A stretch of 64,000 bases of DNA from Rebecca billardiae RCC1528 (Eukaryota > Protista > Haptophyta). Shown here piece by piece: positions 1 through 12,010 of the stretch (positions within the stretch are counted from its first letter, which is position 1; every line of letters begins with the position of its first letter). The position numbers and the translations under genes were made by a program. The stretch covers positions 3,038,001 through 3,102,000 of the forward strand of contig OZ251224.1 of assembly GCA_965240325.2 (NCBI GenBank). Direction: 5' to 3'. Under the pieces are notes generated by a model. That model was given only the letters and a program-made list of their open reading frames with translations, was not told the origin of the DNA and ran no database searches.

Positions 1-1246
1 GTCCACCGTGTCAGAGGCTAAGATCGTGTGCGCAGAGGAAGGCGCGGGCGATGCCGACGGCTCCACACGGGCGGGCGCTGGCGCGCAGGGTGCGCCGCCG
101 CTCGCCCTCATCCCGAGCACGCGCGGGCCACAGATGAAGGTATCGTCCTCCAGCAGGTAGCACTCGTACGACTGGCCGCCCGGTCGGAAGGCGACGCGCA
201 AGCGCATGCGCAGCGAGACGCGGCTGCCGTTGACAAGCACGTTGACGTGTGCGGGCGCCGGCCCCTCGATGAAGCACATCTGCTCGGGATCGCGCGCGCG
301 GGCGATCGTCTCCACCCACAGCCGCACGGCACTCGGATCGGCCCCACCAATGCTGTTCCAGTACGCGTCGTCGCACGCGACGCACGCCTGCTCGAGCTCC
401 TCGAGCGAGGCGCCGATGTGCTGCCACCACGCGGGGAATGCGGCGTTGTAAAAGTAGCGCGCGCCGCCGGGCACCTCCACGCGCGTGATGCACGGCAGGG
501 GCAGCCCGTGCCACTCGGCCACAAACTCGGGCAGCATCGCCTCGCTCGGCGGCGGTGCACTCGGGTCGACCGACTCGGAGCCGAGCGTCATCATGCGCAT
601 GGCGTCGTCGAGCGTGAGGCGCAGCTCGCTCGCCATGCGCAGCCCCTCGTTGGTGAGCTCTGGAAGTGCAGGGACCCGGCGGCGAGGAGCGGGCGGGCGG
701 GGCGCGTGCGTGGGCGCGCGTCAGCGCGAGGGTGCGTGATCGAAGGGGCCAGGCGCCCCGCAGGCAGCGCGCACCCCAGCTCTGGTGGCGCTTCGCCATC
801 GAGAAAGCTGACTTGACGAACACAAGTCGCACCCCGTAGCCCTCGGGCGTGTCTAATCGGAGCAGCTCATCGCGGTAGTGCTGCCAGACCTCCTCCTCGA
901 GCTGTCTCGCGACTGCGATCGGCCGCGCCGGGGCCTGCGCAACCAATGGTCCAACTGGCGTCGCGCTCGGTGCTTCCGCCCCGGCCCCGTTGGGGCTTGA
1001 GCGCGCCGGCTTCATGAGCGCCCGGACGGCTGGGCTGAGCCGCTTTGTCGTCCCCGCGTTCCCGTGCCGCCCACGGCGGGATGGCTCGTTGGGGATGCAG
1101 ACAAGCCCAAGGCGTTCGCAGCGGCTGCAAGTCGAGCCCTCGCACGCCTCGAGGTCGCATCGGACCTTGCTGAGCCGGCAGCCCTTGCACGAGACGGCCG
1201 CATGCTTCCGCTGCGTGCTTGACGTGGTTCCCGTGGCGGCAATCAT
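1..1246 (-). CDS. Zn(II)2Cys6 (GAL4-type zinc cluster) transcription factor, 2+ exons (1246-775, 659-<1), 3' end outside window
   Basis: N-terminal CKGCRLSKVRCDLEACEGSTCSRCERLGLVC six-Cys motif. A GT-AG intron at 774-660 joins ...QSW|ELTNEGLRMASELRL... into a frame that stays open to the window edge. Confidence 0.8.
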
Positions 1247-1460
1247 CTCGTCCGTCAGCGCTCAGAGCGCCCGGCCTGGCCAGCCAGCCGCCGCCACCTT
1301 GTGAGCGCGCGAGCCAGGCAGCAAGCTCAAAGCAGACGGAGCTCCGACGAGAATCCACCCGGAGTGCACACCGTGCGCACACGGTGCTTCCAACCGGAGC
1401 GGATCTGCAGCCGGACTCGTCCCGCCGCTTGGAGGGCCAGGCGGCTGCGTAGCAGGCCGC

Positions 1461-3395
1461 ATGGAGTTGAGTACCGCGATGAGATGGGCGGAGGGCGGCC
1501 GGCAACGCTCGCTCCTCGCGCTGGCGTTGCTGGCGCTGTCCGCGCCGCCGTGTGGCGGCGCGGGGCATGCGCGATTCAGCCGGGTGCCCCGCCGGGCGCA
1601 CGTCGTGGCGCGCGCCCCGCCAGCTGCCTCGAGCGAGGCGGTTGAGCAGGCGGCGGAGCCCTGCAACGTCGTGCTCACGCACACATCGGCCGACTTCGAC
1701 TCGCTCGCGGGCAGCGTCGCGCTGGCGAAGCTGTGGAACGCGGAGGGTGGCGACGTGCCCACGGTGGTGGTCATGCCCCGCGGCGCCAACCCCACGGTCA
1801 AGCGCTTCCTCGCGTACCACAAGCACCTGTACCCGATCCGCGGCTTCAACACCATCCGGCCGAGCGACGTGCGCAAGGTGGGCGTCGTGGACACGCAGTC
1901 GCGCGAGCGGCTCGGCCGTGCGTCGGAGTGGCTCGAGACGGCCGACTCCGTCGTGGTCTTCGACCACCACGTCGACCTCGGCGAGTCGGCGGTGGGCCCG
2001 CCCGCGCCGGGCGACATTGCGGGCGCCAACGCGCACGTGGAGACGGTGATCGAGCCGGTGGGCTCGGCGACGACGCTGCTGATCGAGCGGCTCCGCGAGC
2101 GCGACGTGAAGCTGCGCGATGCGGAGGCCACGCTCTTCGCGCTCGGCATCCGCGCCGACACGGGCTCCCTCACCTACGAGCACACCACCGTGCGCGACGC
2201 CAAAGCCCTCGTGTGGCTGATGGAGCAGGGCGCGTCGCAGCAGGCGATCGCCGAGTTTGGCCAGGCGCGCCTCTCGCACCACCAGCGCTCCGTGCTCACC
2301 GACGCGCTGGCGGTGCGCGCGACTGTCGCGCCCACGACTGCGACCCGGCGCGCCCGCGACCGCGACCGCGACCGCGACCGCGACCGCGACCCGCCCCCCT
2401 CCCCCCGTCGTGCGCGCCGCACGCGCCCGCGCCAGCAAGCGGAGGTGTGCACGCACCACGGCATCAAGATGTCGACGGTGGTGGTCGACACGAACGAGTT
2501 CCTGACGGGCATGTCGCGCGTGGCCGAGGAGATCCTCGAGCTGACCACGTGCGACGTCAGCCTGCTCGGCGTCGTGCACCACGGCGGCGGCAAGCAGCGC
2601 TCGCGCTACGTGTCCATCATCGGCCGCGTCGCGCCGCGCGCGATCACGGTCGACCTGAACGCCGTGCTGCAGCCGTACGGCGGCGGCGGCCACCCCAAGG
2701 CGGCGGCGGCGTCGGTGCGCCTGCGCACGCGCGAGGCGGACGGCGCCGCCCCAGCCGACGACGCCGCACAGGCCGACGGCAGCGCGCCCGTCGACGAGGA
2801 GGCGGTGGACGAGGCGCGCGAGCTGCTCGCCAAGGTGCGCGAGGCGGTCGAGGCGCAGATCCCGGACGAGGTGCGCGCAGAGTCGGTGATGACGACGGAC
2901 GTGGTGTGCCTGGAGCCCGAGCAGACGGTCGACGAGGCGCAGACGGTGCTCCGGCAGTGCCGGCTGCGCGGCGCGCCCGTCGTCGACCCGACCTCGGGCA
3001 AGCTGCTCGGCCTGCTCAAGCTCTCCGACGCCGTGCGCGCCGCGCAGGGCGGCAAGGGCGGCGCCAAGATCAAGGGCATCGTCCGCTCCAACGTGCCGAC
3101 CGTCACGCCGCAGATGACGTTCCTCGAGCTGGAGAACTGCATCATGGACATGGGCATCGGCCGGCTGCCTGTCGTCAGCGAGAGTGGGAAGCTCGTCGGC
3201 ATCATCACGCGCACCGACATCCTCCGCCACCACAACCTGTACGCATCGCTGCGCGATCCGTCGACGTCGACCGAATCGCGCGTGGTCGAGCGGCAACAGC
3301 TGCACGAGGCGGGCGCCCACGCTGACCCTGCCGGCGAGGCGGGCTCGCCCACCCAGCCCGATCCGCCCCAAGCCGAGCCCGCGGCCGCTTCGTGA
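1461..3395 (+). CDS. DHH/DHHA1 phosphoesterase with C-terminal CBS pair and N-terminal signal/transit-like leader; probable in-frame intron 2313-2435
   Basis: Motifs HTSADFDSL, VVDT, FDHH, GIRADTGSL and GGGGHPKAAAAS, followed by two CBS repeats (VMTTDVV..GAPVVD; IGRLPVV..GIITRTDIL). A 123-nt GTGCGC..CCAG segment carrying (CGCGAC)n is low-complexity when translated. Confidence 0.85.
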   Translation: MELSTAMRWAEGGRQRSLLALALLALSAPPCGGAGHARFSRVPRRAHVVARAPPAASSEAVEQAAEPCNVVLTHTSADFDSLAGSVALAKLWNAEGGDVPTVVVMPRGANPTVKRFLAYHKHLYPIRGFNTIRPSDVRKVGVVDTQSRERLGRASEWLETADSVVVFDHHVDLGESAVGPPAPGDIAGANAHVETVIEPVGSATTLLIERLRERDVKLRDAEATLFALGIRADTGSLTYEHTTVRDAKALVWLMEQGASQQAIAEFGQARLSHHQRSVLTDALAVRATVAPTTATRRARDRDRDRDRDRDPPPSPRRARRTRPRQQAEVCTHHGIKMSTVVVDTNEFLTGMSRVAEEILELTTCDVSLLGVVHHGGGKQRSRYVSIIGRVAPRAITVDLNAVLQPYGGGGHPKAAAASVRLRTREADGAAPADDAAQADGSAPVDEEAVDEARELLAKVREAVEAQIPDEVRAESVMTTDVVCLEPEQTVDEAQTVLRQCRLRGAPVVDPTSGKLLGLLKLSDAVRAAQGGKGGAKIKGIVRSNVPTVTPQMTFLELENCIMDMGIGRLPVVSESGKLVGIITRTDILRHHNLYASLRDPSTSTESRVVERQQLHEAGAHADPAGEAGSPTQPDPPQAEPAAAS

Positions 3396-3878
3396 GCTGC
3401 TTCGATCCAGCGCCGTGCTACCGCGTGCCGACTGCCCGATGCCAACGCCCGTGGATGCGGCGCGCGACCGCGGAGGCGTGCTTTCAGCCTTTCTTTCACC
3501 GACCCCGACGTCGGGGCTGTGATGCCAGTCACACGCGACACTGCGACGGCTCGAACGAGACGTCATGGCCGCTGCTGGTGGTGCTTACTGCTGACCACGC
3601 CTGGGCTGCCGAGCGCTTGGTCGAAGTCTCCGGCGAAGACTCATCGGCGCCAGTCGTAACATGGCGGCTGGACGGTGCCAGTAGCGCGCGCGCAGGCACT
3701 AGGCAGCAGAAAGATGTCGCTTGATTCATGATTGACACTCACTGACAGACAGACTTGACACGAGGACGTACGGAGTGGTACGGACTATATATATATATAT
3801 ATAATATGTATGCCCAGGGGTCTATATTAAGTGCTGCCCGTGCTATTATTTATACTACTAAATTTTGAGTATGATAAT

Positions 3879-5461
3879 GGCCCGCGGTGCAGGGCGGAGC
3901 GCGCAGCGTGGAGCCCGCACCAGCGGGCCCGAACCACGTTTCAAAAAGATCTTTGATCAAGAAAAAAGGGACGGGGGGCGATTTTTAGGGCTGGCGGAGA
4001 CCGAGTTTCGAGTTTTTGAGATCGCATAGAGAGGTCTATTAGGCCGAAAATAACCGCGCCCAGCTCATTCCCTTAAGTAAAGTGCGATCTGGACGTCAGC
4101 TGGACGTGACATTAACGTAACGGTTCGTTACGAGCGCGATTTTGTGGGTAGACTCTCGTTCATGTGTGATAGTTTGCCTCCGCCTTGATGAATATGAACT
4201 TGGCTTCGCGGCGGTTGGTATCTAGAGTCTAAAACCCGCAAGCCTTATTGAAAATACCCGCGCAGCTATTCGTTGCCAGCCCATTCCATAGTCACTGACT
4301 TACCGAGCTGGCGAGCTCAAAACCTGCCGCCGTCGCAAGGACGACGTAGCGAGCCTCGACGACTCTTGGTTGGTCCGCAAGGGGGCGCTCGATGGGCAGG
4401 TGCGCGTGGCAAGTGCCGAGTGGCGCCTGGAGCGCGCGTCTGCGGCGGGTCCCGACGGCCGTCGACATCGCGTTCGTGCCCGCTCACTAGTCACTCCGCA
4501 CGCCCCTGCCGCGCCCTGTCGATGCCTGCGCGGCCGGCCGGCGCGCGGCCGCGCCGCCGCCGCCGCAGCCGCCGCCCTGTGTTCGGGCTCTCGCAAGCTC
4601 GGGGGCAGCGGCGCATGATGCCGGACTGATCGATCTCTGAGTCTCCGACTTCACCACACGCCCCCCTTGCCATGCCTCTCCGCCAGGGTCTCCCAGAACT
4701 CATCTTCAGAGCAGGCGCAAGTCGAACTCGGAACTGGCCGCGGCCCCGCGCGCCGTCGGCTCCCCGTGGCTGTCAGCTCCGCGTGGCCTGGGCGCCTGGC
4801 GTGCCCAGAGCTGGCCGTGCCTCTGCGACGCGTGCCGAGCCTGACCGAGGTGTGTCACCCCGTGCACGCGCGGCGCGCGCAAGCACCGGTGCTGCATGGC
4901 TGCTCGCACCGTGCTCCCTGGCTCGCGGTCAGTCAGCTCGGCCGCGTGGTGCCTGGTGTGCACGTAGAGTCGCGCTCATGCGTCGCTCACGCCTCGCGCC
5001 CGCCTGTCGGCCGTCGCGCAGGCGCGCAGGTCGAACCCTACTGACCTGCAGATCATCTACTCCTGCGCTGCTGGCGTCGCGGCGACGACGGTCAGCGGCA
5101 GGCCCGAACGAACGGTCGAATCCGCGCGGTCCCGCGCCGTCCGGCTCCCTGGCTGTCAGTCAGCTCCGCCGGTGGCCTGGCGTGCAAGAGTCGCGCTCGT
5201 GCGTCGCACGCCGAGTCGCATCCGCCTGTCGGCCGCCGCGCACGCGCAGGGGGTCAGGTAAGGGCCGTCTGTGATGAGGGCAGCTCGGCCGACGACCGAC
5301 ATCCACACTCGGCGCACGCCGGCGGCGGCGCGGCGCTGGGGCGGCGCGCCGCTGGATGGAGTCTAGTTACACGTGTACGGGACGACTGCGACGGAGGGTG
5401 CACCGCCACCGCGGGCCCCGAACTACGTTCGTTCTACGGAAAAGGACCGCGGAACGCGGTC
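3879..5461 (+). mobile_element. Non-autonomous Helitron2/Helentron-like element, family H1 copy 1
   Basis: AT|GGCCCGCGGTG start; its reverse complement CACCGCGGGCC at 5407-5417; terminal hairpin GACCGCG-GAA-CGCGGTC|AT. The same ends occur at 20876-22478 and 32884-34171. Confidence 0.75.
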
Positions 5462-5582
5462 ATTCAATATGACACGATGCCAGTACTTATTTACCGCGGC
5501 TACGTACGGGTCGTACGCGAACTTAATATTGATGATGACGATGATGCGAACATCATCAGCAGACGACAGTCACTAAATAAAG

Positions 5583-5686
<104 letters not shown>

Positions 5687-7751
5687 TCCTGGTCCTGGAC
5701 CTGGGACTACTGACTCCAATCAGCAGTCAGTTTTTCATGCAGCGTCCTCAGTCGGACCACAACTCCCGCATTTACCCGCGCCACCGTCACGACAGGCCTA
5801 CCGACTGGCACCGAGTACTCCTCAGTCAGTCAGTCGCGACGGTAACGACTGTGTCGTTGCTCACAGTCACACGGTCCGCGATCACGGTGAAGGTGAAGGA
5901 TCAGACGACTCCGAGATGACGCCACGACTCGGACTGATCGTGAGTCGGCGTCGAACCGAGTCTCGGCGCCAGTCATCGTTATATTTATCCCGCGACTACG
6001 ACCCGATCCCGGCGTCTGATTACGCCTCGGCGTCCTCAGACTGTCGCCACTGCCAGTCGCCCAGTCGCGTCAGGCCGGGCCCGGTGACGGGCAGCTGCCC
6101 ACAACCTGCCTCACTAGTCGACAGTCACAGACGACAGTTAACGACGATTAGACTATTAATAAGTCAGTCGCGCGCGCCGGTTGTCGTAGGTTACTACTCG
6201 GTCTCGGGAACTGAGTTAAGTTATATAGTTAAGTAACTCAGCGAGTCAGCGCCTACGTTGAAAATAATAACGTCGTGTAAAACGTCTGACGTCACCGACT
6301 CACCGGCACGCCGCACGAGCCCGGCGACAGAGTCCGCGTGACAGAGTCAGCGTGAGCGGCGGAATCACGCAGCCTACTTGAGTCTTGCGGACTGCACTCG
6401 CAGACCGTGACCGCTGCGGACGACGTCACTGGCTGCGGGACTGACCGGCCAGCCCGCCTTTGCAGTCAGAATTAATGCTGTCACTTGTCCGGAGCATCAT
6501 CATCGGACGACTCTGCTGATTCTCTGAATCAAGTGATGTCATTAATTTGACGACAGAGACTTTGCTGCGGCAACGCGAGCGCCGACGGCCGAGGCCTCAG
6601 CTTCATCGCAGGTTCCTGAGTTCTGGTCGGAGCCCGGGCGCCCAGCCTCGGACCCCCGCAGCTGACGGCCCGCACCGTTTCGATCTCGCGAGAGAAGACG
6701 CACCGTGCCCGGCTCGGCCCGCATGACGCCGAGCCGAGCCCGCGCACTTGGCTGCAGGCTGCCGGGCTTGCTGAGACGTGCCCACCACTCGCCTCACCCC
6801 TTCTTGTAGAGTGTCTTCAATCATCAATCGTCAACCGCCGTCAACCGTCACCATCGCCATCGCCGTCGCCGCCGTCACCGTCGCCATCGCCACCATCACC
6901 TCCGCCGCCTTTTCCTCGTTCTTTGCGGGGCGTCGATGGCATGCAACCCATTCCCCTACAGGACGTGGCCTCCCCTGAACCTTGAGTTCCGAGGACGACT
7001 TGCTCAGCTTGAGACGCCCTCGAGGATGACGGTTCGACGCCCGGCCGGTGCCAGGGCCGCGGTGCAATTTGGAAAGGGTGGGAAAGCCTCCGGCAGCGGG
7101 GCTTGGTGTAAATTGGTGTAACCGCTCAAGCTTTTTACGCACGTTAAAACAAATAAACTGTCAATCTCGCCTGCCTGAGCTGTGTGCGTCTCTTATTCTT
7201 AGTAAACTGTACGATCGCGGTGCAGGCTATGCTCTGCCACCAACGCCGACTTCGTGTCGACGATCGGGCACTGCCGCCGACGAATCAGGAGACCCGCGTC
7301 GTCCTACCTGTGTCGTTAAATCATAGAATGAGTCCGAGTGGCACCGTGAAGCGCCGGCCGGGGCGGGCGGGTGGGTGCGCACTCGTTGCACCGGCACTTG
7401 CAAGGGCCGTGCTCGTTGGCTTGGCCGCGCCGGACCGAATTTGACCCCGGATCCAGCGGAACTGCGGATCCTTGGGGAACCGCGCCTGAGCGCGCCTCTG
7501 CCGAGTGAGTCATTGACGACTTCTAACTGTGCGCACATGACGGCCACGGACGGCGCCATCATCGGCCGTGACTACAGAGTATCGTCCCCGATCAAATGTT
7601 ACAGACGGCTCGTGGTTCCGAGTGGTGGCCGCACTGTCATGCCACCACATCTGCGGCGCGGACTCGCACTCCGACGCAGCGCGCACACGCATCACGCATC
7701 AGTAGCTGCGCTGGCCGACAGATCAGCGCGTGGATCGCTCGCGCTCGCTCG

Positions 7752-8579
7752 CTAGCTCGCCTGCTTTGCCGCGCGCAGGGCCGCCTCGACGTCGCCGTCC
7801 GCCGCCTTGAGGAGCTTGCGCAGCTCGTCGGACGAGGCGGCCGGCATCCGCATCCTGAGCTCGTCGACTTTGTCCTCGAACAAGGCTTCGCTCAGCACCG
7901 GGCGGGCGCCAACGCCCTTCATCACCTCGCTGTACGCCTCCTCCGACATGCTCTTCTTGATGTCGGCTGAGCTGGGGCCCTTGGGACCGAGAGCGAGGCT
8001 GTGCGTGCTGCGGAACTGCTTCTGGATCTTGGCCGCAGCGCTGTGCGAGCCCTCGTCGTACGCGGCGTGCGAGAAGTGCGACTCTGTCTCGCGGCGGCTG
8101 CGCGCGAGTGCCTTCTCGTTCGCATCAAGAGCGGCCTTCGCCGCGGCGAGCTCCTCCTCCTGCGCCTTGGCGAGCGCAGCAGCCTCGCGTGCGACGCGCT
8201 CGGCCTCCGCAACGGCCGCGCTCTCCTCGAGCGCGCGCCGCCGCGCCGCCTCGGCCTCCTGCTCCGCGCGCTGCTTGGCGGCGCGCGCGAGCATGCGGTG
8301 TGCGCTCCCCTGGATGACCACAGCCGCTTTGTCTCGTTTCAGCTGCTCCAACGCGGCCTTCTCCTCGGCAGCCTTGGCGGCCGCAGCCTCGCGCGCGCGC
8401 CGCTGCGGATGCCCCTTCGTCTCCCTGGGCTTGGCGGCGGGTGCGGGCTTGGCGGCGGGCTTCTTGTTCTCGTCCACAATCTCGATGGGCACGTCCGACG
8501 TGTCCACCGTCTTCTTCACCTCCAGGCCTGTCGTCGCGTCCTCATCATCGTGGCGATCCACCGACGCGCACGAGCCCAT
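7752..8579 (-). CDS. N-myristoylated/palmitoylated IQ-motif coiled-coil protein with C-terminal UBA/CUE-like helical domain
   Basis: MGSCAS N-terminus; IQ-like motifs AAVVIQGSAHRMLAR and AAAKIQKQFRS; C-terminal KVDELRMRMPAASSDELRKLLKAADGDVEAAL; host-like codon usage. Confidence 0.7.
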   Translation of the reverse strand: MGSCASVDRHDDEDATTGLEVKKTVDTSDVPIEIVDENKKPAAKPAPAAKPRETKGHPQRRAREAAAAKAAEEKAALEQLKRDKAAVVIQGSAHRMLARAAKQRAEQEAEAARRRALEESAAVAEAERVAREAAALAKAQEEELAAAKAALDANEKALARSRRETESHFSHAAYDEGSHSAAAKIQKQFRSTHSLALGPKGPSSADIKKSMSEEAYSEVMKGVGARPVLSEALFEDKVDELRMRMPAASSDELRKLLKAADGDVEAALRAAKQAS

Positions 8580-8972
8580 GATGGCCGGGTTCGCACGTTT
8601 GACCGTGTTCACGCGCGATCCGTGGCCGGAGATTCCCTCCCTCATCTGTGCATCCCTCATGACCGCCTCATCAAACCTCAGCTCCTTCGCGGTGCGCTTC
8701 AGACCTCCGTTGAGCGCCGTCTGATTTGGTCTGATGAACGCTTGTTATATCCTTATCCAGGTGCAGCACCCTCCCCGTGTGGTGTCAGAGCGCGCTCCCG
8801 AGCGCGTGCCTCCGAGCGCGGGGCGGCCGCTTGCTGCAATGGCCGCCTCGATGAGGTGCGGCAACGCGCCCCTCACCTGCCTGCGCCGGTCTGTTTTGTG
8901 GCGGTGTCTTTGTGCAGTGTTGGATGGCGTCAATCACGCCTTAACCAAGTGTGCACGTTAAAACATAGTAAA

Positions 8973-9642
8973 CTGTACGCAAAACACCTCTTAACCTGAT
9001 GCCCACCCCCGTGGTCTTCTACCGTATTAGCAAATAGGACAAAGTTCGGGCGCAAAGCGTCCAGTCTTTGTATGTGTGGACTCGTTTACTTGCTGCATAG
9101 AAATCTTCCTCCTAGGACTATAAATTCCCCTTTATAACGGGCTCCGGGTGATCAGGCTGGCCGGCGAAGCCTCCAGCCCTACCCTGGCCAGCCCCCAACC
9201 AACCACCACCCTCACCCAACCTCAAACCACTGACCGAGACACCTAGTGCCTTGACACCACTCCACTGTGGACAGCCCGGCGCCTCCAGAGGGGGCGGGGG
9301 TATGCCATTGCCAACAGCATACAAGCCCAACACTGTGGGGTGGTCCCAGGTACAAGCAGTGTACGGCCTTGCAATTCGAGATCATCGAGTGTGAGCCGAC
9401 TACTACTAACTGCGGCGAGTCCAACTACTACCAACTTCGGCGAGTCCAACTACTACTAACTCAGGCAAGTCCAACTAAGACTACTAACTTCGGCCACAAC
9501 ATCATCCACCAGCTGCTGACCAAGAACAGGCTACACCACCGTCCACCATGACCTGCCACTGACCAAGTAGGCGACGACATCATCCGCACCAGCTGCTGAC
9601 CAAGTAGGGGACGGCCTGGCCGACGCCAACATGCTCACTCGC
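8973..9642 (+). repeat. 670-bp direct repeat, copy 1 (copy 2 at 11344-12010)
   Basis: Near-identical CTGTACGCAAAACACC...GCTCACTCGC segments; internal short CCAACTACTA-containing tandem repeats. Confidence 0.9.
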
Positions 9643-9647
9643 ACTGT

Positions 9648-11343
9648 GACAGGTTGCACGGAGAAATGACCGCCCGCGACTGACAGATCACAGATGTTAC
9701 ATTCACAGTGGACGCGACCTGTCCACCCGTCTTTCGGTACATCGCGCCCGTCCCATGGCGGCCGGCGCGTGGCGCGAGTGCTTGGAAACCACGGAGCACA
9801 CGAATGCCGGTGGTTTCCGACCTTCGCCGCCACGGCCCGCCTCCCCGTTCGCCCGCAATCGGTACCGCAGTCTGGTGCCCAGTTCCTCTCACTCCCGCGT
9901 CGGCAGTGGCGCGAAGCCGAAGCGCATCGGGAAGAAGCACAACTGGGACCTGGATACAGGTGGTAGATAGAGCCTTCAAGGAGGCTGCCGTCGCGAACGA
10001 GCAGGATGCGCCGGTTGTAGTATGCGCGTGCACCCTTGCACGAACGTGTGCTGGTCTCCTGCTGCACTGCTCATACCGTACGCACGAGCACGCAACCGTG
10101 CGCACGCGCTCAGGTGGCTCGGACCACACACGCGAGTGCTTGTGAAGCTCGCCTCACGAGGCCTTCGTAGAAGAAGGCGGGCAACCGGAGCGCGCTAAGG
10201 AAGCAGAAGACGATGCTCGCCAAACGCGTCCAGCGCGCGAGGGCGAAGCTTGCTACGGCGCGCGCGGCCTCTGCTGTTGCAGCTCGGGCCGCTGCTCCGG
10301 CCGTGCAGGCGTCTGGCGCGGGGTCCTCGGACAAGCAGGCGAACTCTGGGCAGTCTGCCTTTGCCGCCGGCAAGAAGTATCGGAAGCGCACGCATTTGGT
10401 CGAGCGCGTGGCGCGCTCGCGCGCCGTGACGCAGCAAGCAGGCGATCCTTGACAAGCGCCTCGCTGACGCTCCGCAGGCCGAGGCAACGAGCTCGGCGCT
10501 CGACCACGCTGACAGGCACGCCCTGAGTGAGGGGGAAGGCACCTTTCGAGACAGCACTCAGGCGCTCGACGTTGAGTATCTCATTGATCGCGCGCGTGTG
10601 TGATCACGTCAGCAAGACTAAGTCGCGCGAGGTGGAGTAGGTGGTAGCGCGCCTCTTCGCCGCATCATCCGCAGCTGACTGGCGTGCACCCACCAGCTCG
10701 CTCACGTCGCGCGCGGCAGCGGTCGGCTTCCACCCTGTTCGCACAGCGCGGCGCCGGCTGCACCGCCCGTTCCGCTGGACGCCGGCTCGCTCGTTGTTGA
10801 CGACTTCTTCTTCAACCCGGTCGCGCGGGCGCGGTGATGGTACACTCCGGCAGGCAGATGCGGCGCACTGTCTGATGCTCTATGCGTGCGTGTCCCTTTC
10901 CACAACGTCGACTCGGGCTGCTACGCGTGGCATCCAGCTCGAGGCGGAGGTCGCCAGGGCTCGCCCAAGGTCGAATCTGCCTTGCGTGTGCTGGGTCACC
11001 GAGGTGCGGCCGCAGGGTGCTCGCTGGCTGACTCCTGACGATGACGAGGAGTTGCGCGCCGTCGCAACCTCTCGCACGTATCGTGCCGACCGCGAGTCGA
11101 GTGGATGACGCTCGTGGCGGCTGCTCTTCAAATGACGCGGTCGGGCCCTTGGCGAGCTTGGGAGGAGGGCTCGGTCTGCTACATGTGCGTCAGTAGTCAC
11201 GGCCTAAACCGTGCGCAAGACTCATTGAGTCGTACATGGCGCGGCAGCAACGGCCGCACCCGCGAGCGGGGCACCGTGGGCGGGCAGCCATGCTCCAAAG
11301 GGCCGAAATGTAACACCAAGGTCAGTTTCCCGTGCAACCTGTC
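9648..11343 (-). mobile_element. TIR DNA transposon remnant (possibly Mutator-like, degenerate transposase)
   Basis: TIR GACAGGTTGCACGG(A/G)... of about 24 bp at both ends; CTGT on both flanks. Broken minus-strand peptides weakly resemble MULE motifs (CSC..C..H SWIM-like). Confidence 0.6.
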
Positions 11344-12010
11344 CTGTACGCAAAACACCTCTTAACCTGATGCCCACCCCCGTGGTCTTCTACCGTATTA
11401 GCAAATAGGACAAAGTTCGGGCGCAAAGCGTCCAGTCTTTGTATGTGTGGACTCGTTTACTTGCTGCATAGAAATCTTCCTCCTAGGACTATAAATTCCC
11501 CTTTATAACGGGCTCCGGGTGATCAGGCTGGCGGCGAAGCCTCCAGCCCTACCCTGGCCAGCCCCCAACCAACCACCACCCTCACCCAACCTCAAACCAC
11601 TGACCGAGACACCTAGTGCCTTGACACCACTCCACTGTGGACAGCCCGCCTCCAGAGGGGGCGGGGGTATGCCATTGCCAACAATCAGCATACAAGCCCA
11701 ACACTGTGGGGTGGTCCCAGGTACAAGCAGTGTACGGCCTTGCAATTCGAGATCATCGAGTGTGAGCCGACTACTACTAACTGCGGCGAGTCCAACTACT
11801 ACCAACTTCGGCGAGTCCAACTACTACTAACTCAGGCAAGTCCAACTACTACTAACTTCGGCCACAACATCATCCACCAGCTGCTGACCAAGAACAGGCT
11901 ACACCACAGTCCACCATGACCTGCCACTGACCAAGTAGGCGACGACATCATCCGCACCAGCTGCTGACCAAGTAGGGGACGGCCTGGCCGACGCCAACAT
12001 GCTCACTCGC
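11344..12010 (+). repeat. 670-bp direct repeat, copy 2
   Basis: Matches 8973-9642 apart from a few indels. Confidence 0.9.

Noticed and set aside
867-3566. 899-aa minus ORF (and 49375-53721 +, 1448 aa)
   Set aside because: Antisense shadows of real high-GC3 genes, with no motifs.
5700-6560. GACT/AGTC-rich scrambled tracts (also ~14950-15630, ~43850-44040)
   Set aside because: No periodicity or coding signal. These may be decayed repeats or low-quality consensus and cannot be interpreted without reads.
8731-8760. Hammerhead ribozyme core CTGATGA (also ~18945, ~41923)
   Set aside because: No properly placed stem II/GAAA and cleavage triplet were visible. An Infernal search would settle it.
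8973-12010. LTR retrotransposon
   Set aside because: The repeats lack TG..CA ends, PBS and PPT, and the interior has its own TIRs.
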